Source: a phage. From it: DNA of 64,000 nt. The notes under the pieces are model-generated. The model saw nothing but the letters and a program-made list of their open reading frames with translations, did not search any database and was not told the DNA's origin. The stretch lies in the sequence record PZ445428.1; one strand, given 5' to 3'. How positions within the stretch are numbered: the first letter of the stretch is position 1; each line of letters starts with the position of its first letter. This document shows, piece after piece, positions 1-10,054 of the stretch. The translations under genes and the position numbers were made by a program.

Positions 1-162
1 GTTTGTAAACTTGTATTCGGCATAATTTCGTAGACTTAAAATTCCTAGATATTCTGCCAGTTGTCTATTAGACAGTTTGCGTGGATTATCAACTATCGTT
101 GATTCATTCAAAATGAATGAGGAGCCGACCAGCAATTGGTGAGCATCAGGCTCTGCAAGCAT
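1..162 (-). CDS. hypothetical protein, partial (continues beyond window start); HTH-like segment LSNRQLAEYLGIL
   Basis: Minus-strand frame is stop-free from 258 down to 1; ATG at 162, or possible ATT start at 240 placed 9 nt after GAGGAG. Two tandem promoters lie upstream. Absent from ORF track because it is truncated. Confidence 0.4.
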   Translation of the reverse strand, partial: MLAEPDAHQLLVGSSFILNESTIVDNPRKLSNRQLAEYLGILSLRNYAEYKFTN

Positions 163-269
163 TCTATTAAATAACTTAACAATCAGGTCGGAATTTCCTC
201 TAGCTAGTAAGTATAGCTTTTCATAGTCGAAGAATTTAATTTTTGTTTTCTCCTCGAATTTATGTATAT

Positions 270-299
270 ATTATACTAGATTTCGAGAGAATTTAGCAA
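270..299 (-). promoter_or_regulatory. sigma70-type early promoter (TTGCTA-18-TATAAT)
   Basis: Reverse complement reads TTGCTAaattctctcgaaatctagTATAAT followed by ATAAATTCGAGGAG. Confidence 0.6.
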
Positions 300-370
300 G
301 TACAATTTTTATTTTTCTGCTTCGGACTTTCTTATCAATCCGAAACTTTCTCTCTCAAATTTATGTATAT

Positions 371-399
371 ATTATACAATAATTATGAACTGTTGCCAA
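371..399 (-). promoter_or_regulatory. sigma70-type promoter (TTGGCA-17-TATAAT), tandem with 270-299
   Basis: Reverse complement reads TTGGCAacagttcataattattgTATAAT; shares a 20-bp direct repeat (aatttatgtatatattatac) with the promoter at 241-260. Confidence 0.5.
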
Positions 400-1735
400 A
401 TGCAATTTTAGCTAACTGTACTGCTTTCTCCGGAGTCATAGTAATAGTTTTCCATGCATTATTGCGATACACGGCCATACGTCCGGAAGCCTGTCTTAAA
501 CCAGTGCCACCTTTCATAATTAGGTCTACTACTATCGGATCTAACTTCCCATCAACTATACGTTGTACACGACCTGCTAACTGTTCTATTAACGATTCGT
601 TATTAATGAGACTTCCCATTATTAAACAAGACAGCTCGTTAAGAGAAATACCTTCGGAGAAGATACTTTGTGCAGCAGCAAGACAACATGGACCACCTTC
701 TGCTACTTCCTTCTGGATTCGCAGACGATCATCGAGTGGAGTTGCACCAATAATCTCGTAGGTTGTAACACCTCGCTGAGACAGTGCTTCTAGTATCGTT
801 TGTATTAGTTCTGTCCTGTCACTCACAAACAGAACCTTATGTCCCATGTTCACATACAGATGCGCCAGATTAATAATAGTCTGACGATATTCAGGGTTAG
901 AATACACATCATTAGCACGTAAAGCCCACGGAACGTTCTGGTTTCCAGACAATTCAACCGGTACGGAGTACCTGTGGATTGTAGGAGCGACAGTATTATT
1001 AACCGGAGGGCTAAAGATCTTATATCCAAAGAAATCTTTGAACATAACCTGCAAACCATCCTTACGTTTTAACGTACCGGATAGCCCAATCTTGTAGCGG
1101 GCACAGGAAATTTCCAAGAAATTAGTAAATGTAGTTGCAACACAATGGTGAACTTCATCCACAATAACTGTTCCAAACACTTTGGACAGCTGATTAGCGT
1201 GTTTATTTACTGTTTGTATATTACTAACCACAATAGGTGGGTCAATATTATACTTTCCTGAACCAATAACTCCAGGTTCAAACCCAAACCATTTACGAAC
1301 TTCGGCCATCCACATTTCACGGATGGAAGTATTCGTACAGATTACCAGAGTTTTCTGTCCAAACTTATACGCAAGTGCTAATGCTAGGATAGTTTTACCA
1401 AATCCTGGCTTACCATTGATAATGCAGGTATCATCACACTCTTCATAAATAGGTAACTGATCTTCTTCACGCAGTTTAAAAGATGGTTCTGGAATATAAA
1501 CCGGAGCCAATGTGCGTTTATCAACCAGTTCGTACTTCACTCCCTTAGCATCTAGTAAATCCAGACGTGTAATGGGAATCCACTTAATCTCTTTAGCAAC
1601 AACACCGCTATTCTTATACATAATAGGGTATTTACTTGTCATTGTCTCGACATGGTAAGTGGTTTGCTTACTACAATAATCCCAAAGTTCATCATCGGGC
1701 TTGAAATAGGCTTTATTAGATATAACAACCTTCAT
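383..1735 (-). CDS. SF2 DNA helicase (T5 D10-like)
   Basis: Walker A GKPGFGKT and DEVH box VIVDEVHH in a 450-aa ORF adjacent to the DNA polymerase. Confidence 0.8.
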   Translation of the reverse strand: MKVVISNKAYFKPDDELWDYCSKQTTYHVETMTSKYPIMYKNSGVVAKEIKWIPITRLDLLDAKGVKYELVDKRTLAPVYIPEPSFKLREEDQLPIYEECDDTCIINGKPGFGKTILALALAYKFGQKTLVICTNTSIREMWMAEVRKWFGFEPGVIGSGKYNIDPPIVVSNIQTVNKHANQLSKVFGTVIVDEVHHCVATTFTNFLEISCARYKIGLSGTLKRKDGLQVMFKDFFGYKIFSPPVNNTVAPTIHRYSVPVELSGNQNVPWALRANDVYSNPEYRQTIINLAHLYVNMGHKVLFVSDRTELIQTILEALSQRGVTTYEIIGATPLDDRLRIQKEVAEGGPCCLAAAQSIFSEGISLNELSCLIMGSLINNESLIEQLAGRVQRIVDGKLDPIVVDLIMKGGTGLRQASGRMAVYRNNAWKTITMTPEKAVQLAKIAFGNSS

Positions 1736-2229
1736 AATTTTATTCTAAGTCTAGGAATTTCAGGCTCCTCTTGATGGACTTGATAAATAACAGGGCTATT
1801 ATTTACCAGAATATAGCTTATATAAGCTGGTACACTAGAAAGCACGAATGGATACGGAACCTTCGCTACGTAACATTGATACTTTCCATTATAAATTCTT
1901 GCAGAATGCAGAACTTTCGCAGTCACAACATCATAGAACGTAGTTTTCTTCCAGTTAATAAGATTTCCATCAGAATCTATAAACTGGGTACGTTTCGATC
2001 CCACTAACTGGGACAGCATTGATATTCTACCACGAATAGGATAGAGTTTGTAAGGTAATTCCTTTCGTTCCTCGTATAGAACAAGCCTACGTTGAGAAAA
2101 TGTGCCAGGCAACTTCCTGTTATCCAGCACATATTTGTTATATCTTGTAGTTATTACGGAATAATCACCTTCTTGCTCAATTCTTTCAAAAGCCCGCAGT
2201 GCGTATACGGGCAGTTTGAAATTAAGCAC
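1732..2229 (-). CDS. hypothetical protein
   Basis: 165-aa ORF between polymerase and helicase; stop/start overlaps with both neighbours. Confidence 0.55.
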   Translation of the reverse strand: MLNFKLPVYALRAFERIEQEGDYSVITTRYNKYVLDNRKLPGTFSQRRLVLYEERKELPYKLYPIRGRISMLSQLVGSKRTQFIDSDGNLINWKKTTFYDVVTAKVLHSARIYNGKYQCYVAKVPYPFVLSSVPAYISYILVNNSPVIYQVHQEEPEIPRLRIKL

Positions 2230-4789
2230 CGAGAATCCTTTTCACGTTATCCAGATCTTTACATACAGCGATAAACTTATCATCCTTGTACTTGCTGTGG
2301 TCTGGATGCTCTTTATCCATAGCTGCTAACTTCTTGTATTCGAAGTCTGCGTCTAATAATACACCCTTAACATAACGAGTATATTCATCATCATCGATAC
2401 ACGCAATAGACGGGTGCTGTTTCTTCATCTTACCGCAGGAGTAGTCACGAGAACCCCCAGCTTCGGAGTCAGAATCAATACCGATTGGGCAATCAGGAAT
2501 ACTGATACCACGGTCTTTCTGAATGTTACGAATCAGAATCTGGTTATACTGCTCAATCAGATCTTCACGTACAATGGCAACCACGGAGTCGTGAACCAAC
2601 ATGACGATCTTCATCTCCTTTCCTAGACCCAGGGACAGGATTTCTTCATCAGCATCAATAGCACCTAATAGGAGACTGTCAGAAGATGCAGACTGAATGA
2701 TTGCGTTAAATCCAGAACGGATTTCTTCACCCTGAACACCACGATCTTCGGAGTGGATGTTGTGAAGACGACGTTTACGACCAAAGTGACTATAGATGAA
2801 TCCAAAGTTCTTGATCTGATCGTGGCACTTATCAATCCAACGCTTAAGCTGAGGGAACTGACCGAAGTAAGTTTCGATGTAATCTTTCGCATCTGCAACA
2901 GTACATTCAGTGAACGGTTCACCAGTTTTAGCTGCTTGCTCAAGCAATGCTTCGTTAACAGAATGAGCTACCTTAGCTGGGCCAGAACCATACAGAATAC
3001 CGAAGGTAATTGCCTTAGCTGCCTGACGCAGGGCTGGGAACAGTTTCTTAACATCACGTGGTTCACAGGATAACTTAAATACCATGTGGGCGATGTTAGA
3101 GTGGAAGTCAGGATACTTATCCGGCTCATTTTTCATGTTGATGAATACTTGTTGCATGTTTCTGTCACCAGACAGTACAGCAGCATAGTAAACTTCAGCA
3201 GTTGTTAAGTCCCATGCGATTACACGATATCCAGGTGGTGCAACTACACAACCCTTGATAATAGATTCATCACGAGGTAACTGTTGCAAGTTCAGTTTAC
3301 CAGAAGAACTCAGACGACCAGAAGTAGTCATGTGTTCGTGGAAACCTGTACGGATGCAACCATCGGCATCGATACTCAGAAGAATCTTCTCAACATAAGT
3401 AGAGATCAGCTTAGTCAGCTTACGAATCTCTAGCAGAGTCTTAGCAATCGGATGTTGAGTTGCTAATTCATTCAGAGCTTCTGCGTTCGTAGAATCTGCA
3501 CCAGTATCCGTCAACTTACCAGTTGGAGCCAAACCAACATAATCGAACAGAAGAACACGGAGCTGCTTAACAGAGTTCGGGTTAAACGCTTCATTCTGAT
3601 CCTGTTCTAGTTGCTTAACTTCTGGATAAGTATACAGATGCTCACGAGCCTTATTCAGACGATGAGTCAATTGATACTGAGCTTCTTTCAGACGATCTAC
3701 GGAAATAGGTACACCACGATCTTCAACACGTTGCAGGAATACACAACCGGGCATCAGAACTTCGTAATACAGATCACGCAGTTTCTCGTTCTTCTCAATC
3801 TTCGGTAAGAAGAAATTGTGCAGACGCAGAGTCGCATCGGTATCCTTCGCAGCATATGGCCACATAATATCAAATGGAATCAGATCATAGCTGAAATCCT
3901 CTTTCTTGATCTTATGCGCTTTGCAATAATCGTCCTTGAACTTATCGAGTTCAAAGTCGTAGTCACCCATGTCAGTATACTTCATAGCCAAAGATTTCAG
4001 GCCGTGAGTACCACGACGTTCATCGAGAACATAGTGCTGTAACATGGTATCATGAAGTCTACGCTCTTTACTTGCTTTCTCGAAGGAAAGTCCTAGATGG
4101 TAGGAGTAAAAGTGCATATCGAACTTCAAGTTATGGAAAACAATGTCATGCTTCTCACTGTCCAGGATCTTCTGGAGATAATGGACTGTCACTTCCGTAA
4201 GCACATCGGCATCAATATAAACACCCTGATACTCTTGGTGAGAAATGGAAACACCAAGCAGATAACCATCACGGCAATACAGAGCCGAGGTTTCGGAGTC
4301 AAATGCGATCGGGCCGATAACCATGGTATACACCATCTTGATGTATTCTTCGGCTTCATCAGGATCTGTAATCGGGCGATAATCACCAGCTTTAGCAATT
4401 TTCTCCCGACCATTAATAATGTCATGAATGCTTTCAACAGTTGCTTCAAAGACTGGTTTCATTTCAGGTTTAAAGTGTAACTGGGCTGGACTAATACTTG
4501 CAATCCAGTTCGCATAGCCATTATGCTCTACACGTTTACCGGTATAATCACCAATACCTTTCTTGCCTGCAAAATACAGGAAAGGTTCAGCACCAACTAG
4601 TACAACAAAATCGTAATCATTCGGATCGAATGGATTCTCTGGAGTTCCAATGGTAATATGCTTTTTCAGCAAACGCCCAGATAACTTCTCGTTACACATA
4701 TGGAATACATCAACTTCCTCACCGTAAAGCTGGAAGTGTTTATCATAACGAGTATTATTTAGAGCTTTATCAACTACTGCAATTTTCAA
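2222..4789 (-). CDS. DNA polymerase, family A, with 3'-5' exonuclease domain
   Basis: 855 aa; exo motif FDSETSALY; Pol I-like motif B RQAAKAITFGILYGSG; motif C LVHDS. Confidence 0.95.
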   Translation of the reverse strand: MKIAVVDKALNNTRYDKHFQLYGEEVDVFHMCNEKLSGRLLKKHITIGTPENPFDPNDYDFVVLVGAEPFLYFAGKKGIGDYTGKRVEHNGYANWIASISPAQLHFKPEMKPVFEATVESIHDIINGREKIAKAGDYRPITDPDEAEEYIKMVYTMVIGPIAFDSETSALYCRDGYLLGVSISHQEYQGVYIDADVLTEVTVHYLQKILDSEKHDIVFHNLKFDMHFYSYHLGLSFEKASKERRLHDTMLQHYVLDERRGTHGLKSLAMKYTDMGDYDFELDKFKDDYCKAHKIKKEDFSYDLIPFDIMWPYAAKDTDATLRLHNFFLPKIEKNEKLRDLYYEVLMPGCVFLQRVEDRGVPISVDRLKEAQYQLTHRLNKAREHLYTYPEVKQLEQDQNEAFNPNSVKQLRVLLFDYVGLAPTGKLTDTGADSTNAEALNELATQHPIAKTLLEIRKLTKLISTYVEKILLSIDADGCIRTGFHEHMTTSGRLSSSGKLNLQQLPRDESIIKGCVVAPPGYRVIAWDLTTAEVYYAAVLSGDRNMQQVFINMKNEPDKYPDFHSNIAHMVFKLSCEPRDVKKLFPALRQAAKAITFGILYGSGPAKVAHSVNEALLEQAAKTGEPFTECTVADAKDYIETYFGQFPQLKRWIDKCHDQIKNFGFIYSHFGRKRRLHNIHSEDRGVQGEEIRSGFNAIIQSASSDSLLLGAIDADEEILSLGLGKEMKIVMLVHDSVVAIVREDLIEQYNQILIRNIQKDRGISIPDCPIGIDSDSEAGGSRDYSCGKMKKQHPSIACIDDDEYTRYVKGVLLDADFEYKKLAAMDKEHPDHSKYKDDKFIAVCKDLDNVKRILGA

Positions 4790-4851
4790 ATTTAGTCTCC
4801 TTTTGGTAAGTAAGTATAACTTCAGTGTTTCTTCTCTAACTTACCAATATA

Positions 4852-5742
4852 TTATACCAAATCTTTAAGCGATTCAGCAACTAAAATTTCAATACGTTGT
4901 GCTAACGTATCGATCTCTTCTTTATTAAGATCACCTGGGTCTTTTCCTTCAGGAAGAAGGAAGTTACCAACTACAGGTGTTAAACGTGTTTTTGTACGGA
5001 TTAATTTAGCCAATGCTTGGGCAGCTTTATTACCCGAAGCATCGTTATCTAGTAAGATAACTACTACTCTAACTCCAGCAATAATATATGGGCTGAACTT
5101 ATCTGCAATGTTATCAGAAGTAAACTGATGTGTACCAAAGCAACAAGAGGCATAGTTTATCCCATTATCTTCTAGGTTCAACATATCAAAGATGCCTTCA
5201 ACTAGAACGAGAACTGGAGTATTATATCGTACAGGAAAAATCGGGGGTGAAACTTGTTTAGGTTTTACTAAGTATTTAGGAGGGGCAGAACTGTTTATAG
5301 AACGACCCAGGAATAGGATATTACGTCCAACAGCATCTGTTATTGGGAACACGATTCTGCCTTCCCAGTCTGCTTGATGTTGGAAAGCAAAATATTTCTT
5401 CAAGGTCTTAGAACTGATACCTCGGAAATCACCTTCGAAAAGGTAAGCAGATTCAGGAATTGCAAGATTCGTAGATCCATTCCTGATCTCTGAAATCTTT
5501 TTACGTACTTGTGACAATCTTGGTGACTGTCTGTACTGAGTCTCATTAAAATAATGGTAAATGCTCGGTATACCTTTACCGAAGCCGCAACTCAAGCAAT
5601 GCATAACTCCTGATTCAGGATCAATACGTAAACTTGGGTGCTTATCATCATGATCTGGGTTGAGACAACAGATGAGGATGTCCCCACCTGTGTCTTTGTA
5701 TTCAATGCCTTTCAGATCAAGTAGTTCTGTTATCCTACTCAT
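4852..5742 (-). CDS. DNA primase (DnaG-like, zinc finger plus TOPRIM)
   Basis: Zinc-binding CLNPDHDDKHPS...HCLSCGFG; TOPRIM motifs VLVEGIFDMLN and ILLDNDASG. Confidence 0.85.
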   Translation of the reverse strand: MSRITELLDLKGIEYKDTGGDILICCLNPDHDDKHPSLRIDPESGVMHCLSCGFGKGIPSIYHYFNETQYRQSPRLSQVRKKISEIRNGSTNLAIPESAYLFEGDFRGISSKTLKKYFAFQHQADWEGRIVFPITDAVGRNILFLGRSINSSAPPKYLVKPKQVSPPIFPVRYNTPVLVLVEGIFDMLNLEDNGINYASCCFGTHQFTSDNIADKFSPYIIAGVRVVVILLDNDASGNKAAQALAKLIRTKTRLTPVVGNFLLPEGKDPGDLNKEEIDTLAQRIEILVAESLKDLV

Positions 5743-7211
5743 ATATCTTTGGCCTCTTCACCTGAGGAATTTTCTGGTTTTTCTTTCTTAGCACGTTTAG
5801 GTTGGGCTGGTTTATCCTTCTCGATCGGAATAACAAATTCAGCTTCCATTTGAGTGATATCTTCCATTGCCAAGTTAGTAGTGTTATCCATTCGTAGAGT
5901 TTCCCAGTTCATCTTAGGCATAAACTTCACACTATCAGAGGAACGAGTCTTAACGAAGTCAAACATAATAGCACCCTGACCATTATCAGCTTTAGCAGCA
6001 TTAAGGTTGGCAGCCATGTCTGCGGAATCAAGGATACCTTTAGACATACGAGTTCTACCGTCTTGATCAATCTGGTAAGGAGCTACACCAGCAACATTAT
6101 GTTTCTGGCATATAGATTTGAAAGATGAACTTACAACCATCTGCTCTTTCCAGTCATACATGTCAATGGTTTTGGAATCTGGAAGTCTAGTCTGGTTAAT
6201 GTAGTCCAGTAGAGCTACAGTAACTTTATCACCATACTTAGCAACTAGTTTGTTTAGTTCTACGTCTACTGTAGTAATGGAGAGTTCGGGATCATACACA
6301 ACGATCATTGGAGTATGTAACTCATGACTTTCTAACAGCTTACTTTCCATATCATAGAAGTCGCTCATTCTAGCCATTGTGTACTGCTTAACGAAGTTAT
6401 CGAAAAGTTCTTCACCACCATTAAACATTCTAGCCCTAGTTCTTGCTAATCTCAAAAGAGGAGCGCCATCAAGGGTGTTGTTACGCATTGCCAGTGCAGA
6501 TACACCAGCTAACATTGCTAAATTACGCCTAAACACTTCGTGCTCTTTCATCTCAATTGAGAAATATGGAGCAATGTCTCCATTCAAATATTGCTGAACC
6601 TGTATGTTTGAACAGATAATGGATTTACCAGTACCACGCCAACCACCAAGCAGTAACGTTTCTGTACGAGCTAAACCAATTTGCGCGTCGAACTCATTAC
6701 AAATACCAAGAGCAATCATGTTAAGTTTGGTATCTTCTTCTCTCTGGAAAATACGCATTGTGTCTGCGTTGAATACCTTTCCAGTATTCGTTACTTTCTC
6801 TTCTAATTTTAAGTGAAGGGAGGCAACCCTGTTGAGAATTTCTCCCTGATCCAGCATTGTTAAATCTTGAAGCACGTCTGTTTCTAGAAGTTTCAGGAAT
6901 AGATCCTGTGTATATTCAGCTTCTAGGACTTCAAGTGCCTGTTCCATGCTCACTTCTGGAATTTGAGTGTTAGCTAAGACGACTAGAGCTTGAGAAAGGC
7001 GGGCGTTCCTGTTGGCCTCAAGCATAAGTGCGTCAATGGACGGCATTGCGTTATATTTTTTATAATAATTCTGGACGGCTTGGTAAATTGAGGAGAAAGC
7101 GTCATTAAAATGATCTTTATGCAGTTTTGAGAATGTTTCCAATGCTATTTGTTTCTGTTCAGAAGCCAGAAGCATCTTCAACACTACAGCTTGCACGTTA
7201 AACAAGGTCAT
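5739..7211 (-). CDS. DnaB-like replicative helicase (RecA-fold ATPase)
   Basis: P-loop GGWRGTGKS; track start 7262 lies inside a terminator hairpin, so the start is moved to the Met at 7211 (AGGAG just upstream). Confidence 0.65.
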   Translation of the reverse strand: MTLFNVQAVVLKMLLASEQKQIALETFSKLHKDHFNDAFSSIYQAVQNYYKKYNAMPSIDALMLEANRNARLSQALVVLANTQIPEVSMEQALEVLEAEYTQDLFLKLLETDVLQDLTMLDQGEILNRVASLHLKLEEKVTNTGKVFNADTMRIFQREEDTKLNMIALGICNEFDAQIGLARTETLLLGGWRGTGKSIICSNIQVQQYLNGDIAPYFSIEMKEHEVFRRNLAMLAGVSALAMRNNTLDGAPLLRLARTRARMFNGGEELFDNFVKQYTMARMSDFYDMESKLLESHELHTPMIVVYDPELSITTVDVELNKLVAKYGDKVTVALLDYINQTRLPDSKTIDMYDWKEQMVVSSSFKSICQKHNVAGVAPYQIDQDGRTRMSKGILDSADMAANLNAAKADNGQGAIMFDFVKTRSSDSVKFMPKMNWETLRMDNTTNLAMEDITQMEAEFVIPIEKDKPAQPKRAKKEKPENSSGEEAKDI

Positions 7212-7244
7212 TCTCCTTTGCACGCTTTCGTGCCTTCTAAATGC

Positions 7245-7277
7245 AAAAAGGGGAAGGAGCATAGCCCCCTCCCCTTA
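7245..7277 (-). terminator. intrinsic terminator downstream of 7294-8061 gene
   Basis: Minus-strand RNA forms GGGGA...TCCCC stem followed by TTTTT. Confidence 0.5.
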
Positions 7278-7293
7278 GGTTTAATTTACCAGA

Positions 7294-8061
7294 TTATTCA
7301 GCAGCCGCAGCTTTTGCATCCAGTTTAGCACGCTTAGCAGCACCATCATAGTCCTTAGCAACCAGACCACGACGAGACAGCATAGATTTAACACCGCGCT
7401 CAGACTTACCAGTTTTCTCAGCGATATCAGCAACAGTCATGTTAGCCAGATCCAGACCTTCTAACAGATCTTCGCGAGTTTTAGCGCTTGAAGTTTCCTG
7501 TACCGGCATTGCAGCGATACGACCTTCACGAAGCAGGCTCAGAGCTTTACCACGGATCTGCTTGATATTGCGACCGAAGTGAGCAGCGATAGCTTCAATA
7601 GTTGCACCAGCAACAACCTGATTAACGAAATCAGTTTCTTCGTCAGGAGTGAAGGAACGAACGGCAGCAGCTTTTTCAGTTGGCTTAACAGCAGCAGTCA
7701 TTTCCAGACTCAGAATCTTACCCTGTACCTGCTTAGCACCGAACTGACCACCAGCTACAGCAGCAGCGATTTCAGCGTAGGTATACTGACCAGCATGAGA
7801 GTTCAGGAAATCAACCAGTTCAGCTTCCTGCTCAGGAGTCCACGGGGATTTCTGTACTTCGTTAGCTTTCTGTACTTCGAAGCCTTCTTTACGCAGCTTA
7901 GAACCAACAGAGCGGGCGGTTACGTCCTTGCCAGTTTCAGCAGCCAGTTCTACAGCGATAGCAGCAACTTGTTCTTGAGAGATTACAGCTACACCCAGAG
8001 CAACGGCTTTAGCTTTCAGAGACTCGGTTACACCTTCTACGTTCCAGTTCAGTTTAGACAT
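7294..8061 (-). CDS. DNA-binding protein with four tandem HTH-like repeats
   Basis: 255 aa, Ala-rich; four repeats of the form acidic-x-[TI]xxEIAxxxGxxxxxV[RK]xKxxSLxRxG. Confidence 0.6.
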   Translation of the reverse strand: MSKLNWNVEGVTESLKAKAVALGVAVISQEQVAAIAVELAAETGKDVTARSVGSKLRKEGFEVQKANEVQKSPWTPEQEAELVDFLNSHAGQYTYAEIAAAVAGGQFGAKQVQGKILSLEMTAAVKPTEKAAAVRSFTPDEETDFVNQVVAGATIEAIAAHFGRNIKQIRGKALSLLREGRIAAMPVQETSSAKTREDLLEGLDLANMTVADIAEKTGKSERGVKSMLSRRGLVAKDYDGAAKRAKLDAKAAAAE

Positions 8062-8063
8062 TA

Positions 8064-8837
8064 TTATTTTTTCTCCAATAGTTCTTTAATCGACAGGATT
8101 TCTATCCCATTCGTTTCGGCTTTCTTATAAGATGAGGAAGAACGCTTTGATTCATCCTCACAGATGAGGTAGTTTACGTCTTTGGTAACGGACTTCTTAA
8201 CCGTATATCCTAGACTTTCTAAGTAGTTTGTTGCATCCGTTCTATTTGCAAAATCTTGCAAAGAACCGGTAATACATACCACGATTCCGTTCGGTTGAGC
8301 AACTAAATCATCGATAAAGATGATATCAGCTTTTGTGCCCCGAATACCAGAACTAAATTTCCATGGTAGTTCGATAACATCCTTGCCTTGTGGGGAATTT
8401 AGCCAGGCTTTATAATTTTCTCCAGCTTTGCCGTCAGCCTTAACATCATTAAAACTAATGCAACCCTGGGATAGCTTTTTAGCAGCAACCTCTCCAATCA
8501 GAGGGATTCCTAAAGAACCGAGAACTGAACCAAAGTCAATGTCTCCGCGAACCTTAGTATTTAACTCGCTAATTAACTTAGCGGCAACCTTACTTCCCAC
8601 AGCTCCGACCAAATCTTCTTCGGTCAGGTAAAACAGTTCTGAGATCTTAGTCAGTTCCAGCTTTTCAATTGTTTTCGGGCCAAAGCCCTTTAACTTCATC
8701 TTTGTGCAGAAGTTCTCAATTAACTTACTTGACTGAGCTGGACAGTTGGACTTATTCCGACAGAATAATTGTCCGTTGACAAGATCTAGCTTAGAACCAC
8801 AAGAGGGACATTGTGTTGGAATTTCGATTTTCATCAA
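8064..8837 (-). CDS. ligB: NAD-dependent DNA ligase, C-terminal subunit (Zn finger, HhH, BRCT)
   Basis: CPSCGSKLDLVNGQLFCRNKSNCPAQ zinc finger followed by HhH-like and BRCT-like segments; located downstream of the adenylation subunit. Confidence 0.75.
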   Translation of the reverse strand: MMKIEIPTQCPSCGSKLDLVNGQLFCRNKSNCPAQSSKLIENFCTKMKLKGFGPKTIEKLELTKISELFYLTEEDLVGAVGSKVAAKLISELNTKVRGDIDFGSVLGSLGIPLIGEVAAKKLSQGCISFNDVKADGKAGENYKAWLNSPQGKDVIELPWKFSSGIRGTKADIIFIDDLVAQPNGIVVCITGSLQDFANRTDATNYLESLGYTVKKSVTKDVNYLICEDESKRSSSSYKKAETNGIEILSIKELLEKK

Positions 8838-8864
8838 ATTTCTTCCTTATCAATTTATATAACT

Positions 8865-8893
8865 ATTATAGCAAGTATTTAAGCATTTAGCAA
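8865..8893 (-). promoter_or_regulatory. sigma70 promoter between the two ligase genes
   Basis: Reverse complement reads TTGCTAaatgcttaaatacttgcTATAAT then ATAAATTGATAAGGAAG. Confidence 0.6.
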
Positions 8894-9040
8894 CTACAAT
8901 TTTAACTAACTTTGCTTACCCTCGCCATAACTTTCTATCCCTCAACTGAATGATAATAGTATATACCTAAGCGGCGAAAATGTCAATAACCACTTTATAA
9001 TTCCGACATGGGAAACGGGTAGCAAAGGGTTATGAATTAC

Positions 9041-10054
9041 TTAATCTACTCGCTCTACAATACATGGGATTACACCACCAGCACGAATCACTCGAATCTG
9101 GCAACCGATCTCTAAATCGAGAGCGTTAATGTAATCAACGTTATTGAGAGTTGCTTTAATAATCTTGGCATCGTCAATAATTACCGGTTCGAAATATCCA
9201 ACAGGAGTTACTTTACCAGAAGCCCCTACCTGCCACTCAACTTTGAGAAGAGTTGTAATTTCGCCTTCTTCATCTTGTTTAATTGCATAAGCACCACGAG
9301 GATGTTTATTTGTCCAACCTTCACGGAAGAATTTGTTGTTGTCATTAATACGAACAACTTTACCATCCATTGGATACCAGTTGAAGTAGTTTTTAATATT
9401 CAGTACAGTGATGAAATCTTCGTTAGCTAACCAAGACATATCATCTAAGTAAGAGCCTGTAATACCTACAGAATCTTCGGAACACTGAATACCATAAGCT
9501 ACAAAGATCAATCCACCTTCCGCAATACGTTCGATGAAGTCATCTTCTTCTTTTAAGTTAATAGCACCAGAAGCGTAGTTACGTTTGTTTTCTACTTCTT
9601 TAGTGATAAGAACTTCACCAGTGATTTGAGTTGGTACTTTCTGAGAAATCTTTTTCGGAATGTTCAGCAATCTAACGTTGCTTGTGACATCATTTCCTAG
9701 AATACCATTACCACGAGTTAACGCTTGAACAAACGTTCCGTCGATATACAACAGAGAAATTGCGCAACCGTCTAGCTTATCAGTTTCTACATCATCAAGA
9801 GTAGTGAATGGAGCTTTATCACCCCGATCGAAGTAAACTTTCTGCAAAGAATACATACGATACAGATGTGGGATATCACCTTTCGGACCGATGGCATCTT
9901 CCGCTGTTGGGAAACGTTTAAGCAGACGATCATACTCAGCATCAGAGATAATACTATAACCCTGATAATACGCTTCTTGACAACGTTGGATAAACTCTTT
10001 TACATTATTCATCGTCGGCGATTTCCATCTTGAGTTCTTTATTATACTGCGCAA
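9041..10054 (-). CDS. ligA: NAD-dependent DNA ligase, N-terminal adenylation/OB subunit
   Basis: KxDG adenylation motif in VETDKLDGCAISLLY; 337 aa. Confidence 0.8.
   Translation of the reverse strand: MRSIIKNSRWKSPTMNNVKEFIQRCQEAYYQGYSIISDAEYDRLLKRFPTAEDAIGPKGDIPHLYRMYSLQKVYFDRGDKAPFTTLDDVETDKLDGCAISLLYIDGTFVQALTRGNGILGNDVTSNVRLLNIPKKISQKVPTQITGEVLITKEVENKRNYASGAINLKEEDDFIERIAEGGLIFVAYGIQCSEDSVGITGSYLDDMSWLANEDFITVLNIKNYFNWYPMDGKVVRINDNNKFFREGWTNKHPRGAYAIKQDEEGEITTLLKVEWQVGASGKVTPVGYFEPVIIDDAKIIKATLNNVDYINALDLEIGCQIRVIRAGGVIPCIVERVD

Noticed and set aside
363-761. Plus-strand 132-aa ORF
   Set aside because: Lies entirely antisense to the helicase gene; amino-acid composition is typical of a shadow frame.
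2414-4480. Several 60-127-aa plus-strand ORFs
   Set aside because: All are embedded antisense in the DNA polymerase gene.
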